Source of the DNA: an uncultured delta proteobacterium | GTDB lineage: Bacteria; Desulfobacterota; Desulfobacteria; Desulfobacterales; Desulfatirhabdiaceae | Length of the DNA stretch: 64,000 nt | Assembly (NCBI GenBank): GCA_963789395.1 | Contig: CAWBKP010000014.1 | Span: 96,001 to 160,000 of the forward strand | Direction: 5' to 3' | Shown here: positions 62,758-64,000 of the stretch, piece by piece | Layout of the letters: every line of letters starts with the position of its first letter | How positions within the stretch are numbered: position 1 is the first letter of the stretch | Made by a program: the position numbers and the translations under genes | Notes under the pieces: model-generated | Told to the model about the DNA's origin: nothing | Database searches by the model: none | The model's input: only the letters and a program-made list of their open reading frames with translations

Positions 62758-64000
62758 TTAAATGTACACCTTCCAGAGCATCCCGCTCAGGGAGCCGAAT
62801 ACAATGACCAGGTGAATCGGCACATGAAACCGTTGCAGGGCTAAAAAAGTCACCCCTGCCAAACCAATGGCGAACCCATCGATGGCTCCCCTTGCGGGAA
62901 AAAACGTATTTATACTGAAAAAGACGGCCAGTTTGAGGACAACCCCTACCACCGCAGCCGTAACGCCGGTGAGAGCGGCCGCTAACCGCCGGTTCCCGGA
63001 AAGCGCATCAATATAGGGCGCGCCGGCAAAGATAAACATGAAACTGGGTAAAAACGTGCAATATGTGGTCAACAGCCCTCCGGCAATTGCCGTCCAGAGC
63101 TGGGGAGCGTTCCCGCTGAACTTCCAGGCGCCTAAAAAGCCGACATACTGCGTCACCATGATCAGCGGCCCCGGCGTAGATTCGGCCAGCCCAAGCCCGG
63201 AGAGCATCTGTTTTTCGGTAAGCCATCCGGAAATGTGGACGGCGTAATCGGCGATATAACTCAGGACGGCGTAGGCGCCGCCGAAGGTGACAAATGCCGC
63301 CTTGGTAAAGAAAATGGTTATCTGCGTCAGGATATGATCCATTCCAAAAACGGCAACCAGGGGAACTGCGGCCGCCAGCCATAAGGTGCCGAACACCAGC
63401 GCAACTTTTATGGCCTGCGAAATCGGCGGCATGGCAGTCTGTTTGCCGATGTCTTCCATCGAGCATTCCTTGGATCCCTTGACGCGGAGGCAAAATATTT
63501 CCGGATAGTATGCGCCCAAAACAATCCCTCCGATTGCCGCAGCCAGCACAATCAACGGAAACGGGACATTCAAAAAATACCCGGCAATAAACGCACCTGC
63601 GGCAAACCCATACAAGGATTTATGTTTTAAAGATTTTTTCCCGATCCGCATCACGGCTTCCACAACAACGGCCACAACCACCGGTGAAATACCATAAAAG
63701 AGCCCGGCGATAACAGGCACATCGCCATGCGCCGCTGCAAGCCAGCTGAGCACCATCATGACAAATATGGACGGGATGACAAAAAACGCTCCGGCCACCA
63801 CACCGCCAAGGTATCCGTGAAGTCGCCAGCCGATGTAGGTGGCAAGCTGCTGAGCCTCCGGACCGGGCAGGAGCATGCAATAATTCAGCCCTCTTAAGAA
63901 AACCGACTCCTCGACCCATTTTCTTTGATCGACCAGCTCCCGGTGCATGACGGCAATCTGTCCGGCCGGGCCGCCGAAATTGATAAATCCCAGTTTCACC
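62758..64000 (-). CDS. chrA: Chromate-ion transporter (CHR family), 5' end outside the window
   Basis: LGFINFGGPAGQIA, LLPGPEAQQLA, TFGGAY and AESTPGP. Confidence 0.93.
   Translation of the reverse strand, partial: VKLGFINFGGPAGQIAVMHRELVDQRKWVEESVFLRGLNYCMLLPGPEAQQLATYIGWRLHGYLGGVVAGAFFVIPSIFVMMVLSWLAAAHGDVPVIAGLFYGISPVVVAVVVEAVMRIGKKSLKHKSLYGFAAGAFIAGYFLNVPFPLIVLAAAIGGIVLGAYYPEIFCLRVKGSKECSMEDIGKQTAMPPISQAIKVALVFGTLWLAAAVPLVAVFGMDHILTQITIFFTKAAFVTFGGAYAVLSYIADYAVHISGWLTEKQMLSGLGLAESTPGPLIMVTQYVGFLGAWKFSGNAPQLWTAIAGGLLTTYCTFLPSFMFIFAGAPYIDALSGNRRLAAALTGVTAAVVGVVLKLAVFFSINTFFPARGAIDGFAIGLAGVTFLALQRFHVPIHLVIVFGSLSGMLWKVYI

Overview
This looks like a chromosomal window from a sulfate-reducer-like Desulfobacterota (deltaproteobacterial) genome, inferred from the tetraheme cytochrome c3, a TunR-like regulator, a D. 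vulgaris-type CooS and a deltaproteobacterial porin. Positions 1-30 kb are mostly housekeeping: ileS-lspA-lgt-pdxS-pdxT, glgP-STAS-gatB, porin, psd-asd-greA-rpoZ-ttcA-folE2, a double-length uvrA-dtd-dacB, and tatB-tatC-c3. Positions 30-64 kb are accessory and rich in oxyanion/metal genes: a TiaS-kinase-like orphan, PadR, a single-subunit Mo-storage protein, a MOT1 molybdate transporter, an integrase-TOBE (TunR-like) regulator with a palindromic operator, two ChrA, two orphan TupA-like proteins and two DASS/SLC13 permeases in a tandemly duplicated sigma54 module. The same region holds a gammaCA-FNOR-cooF-cooS CO dehydrogenase operon, a c-di-AMP riboswitch ahead of a KimA-like transporter, and relics of a corrinoid methyltransferase operon. 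Less obvious elements are a RAPP-motif leader ORF at the left edge, a self-contained 48-aa micro-gene below the ORF-track cutoff, a MITE carrying REP-like hairpins, and a dispersed AT-rich repeat. Many genes, including the normally essential gatB, carry small frameshifts that are most likely sequencing or assembly indels. No tRNA, rRNA or CRISPR array was recognised. All calls come from reading the sequence; no database searches were run.
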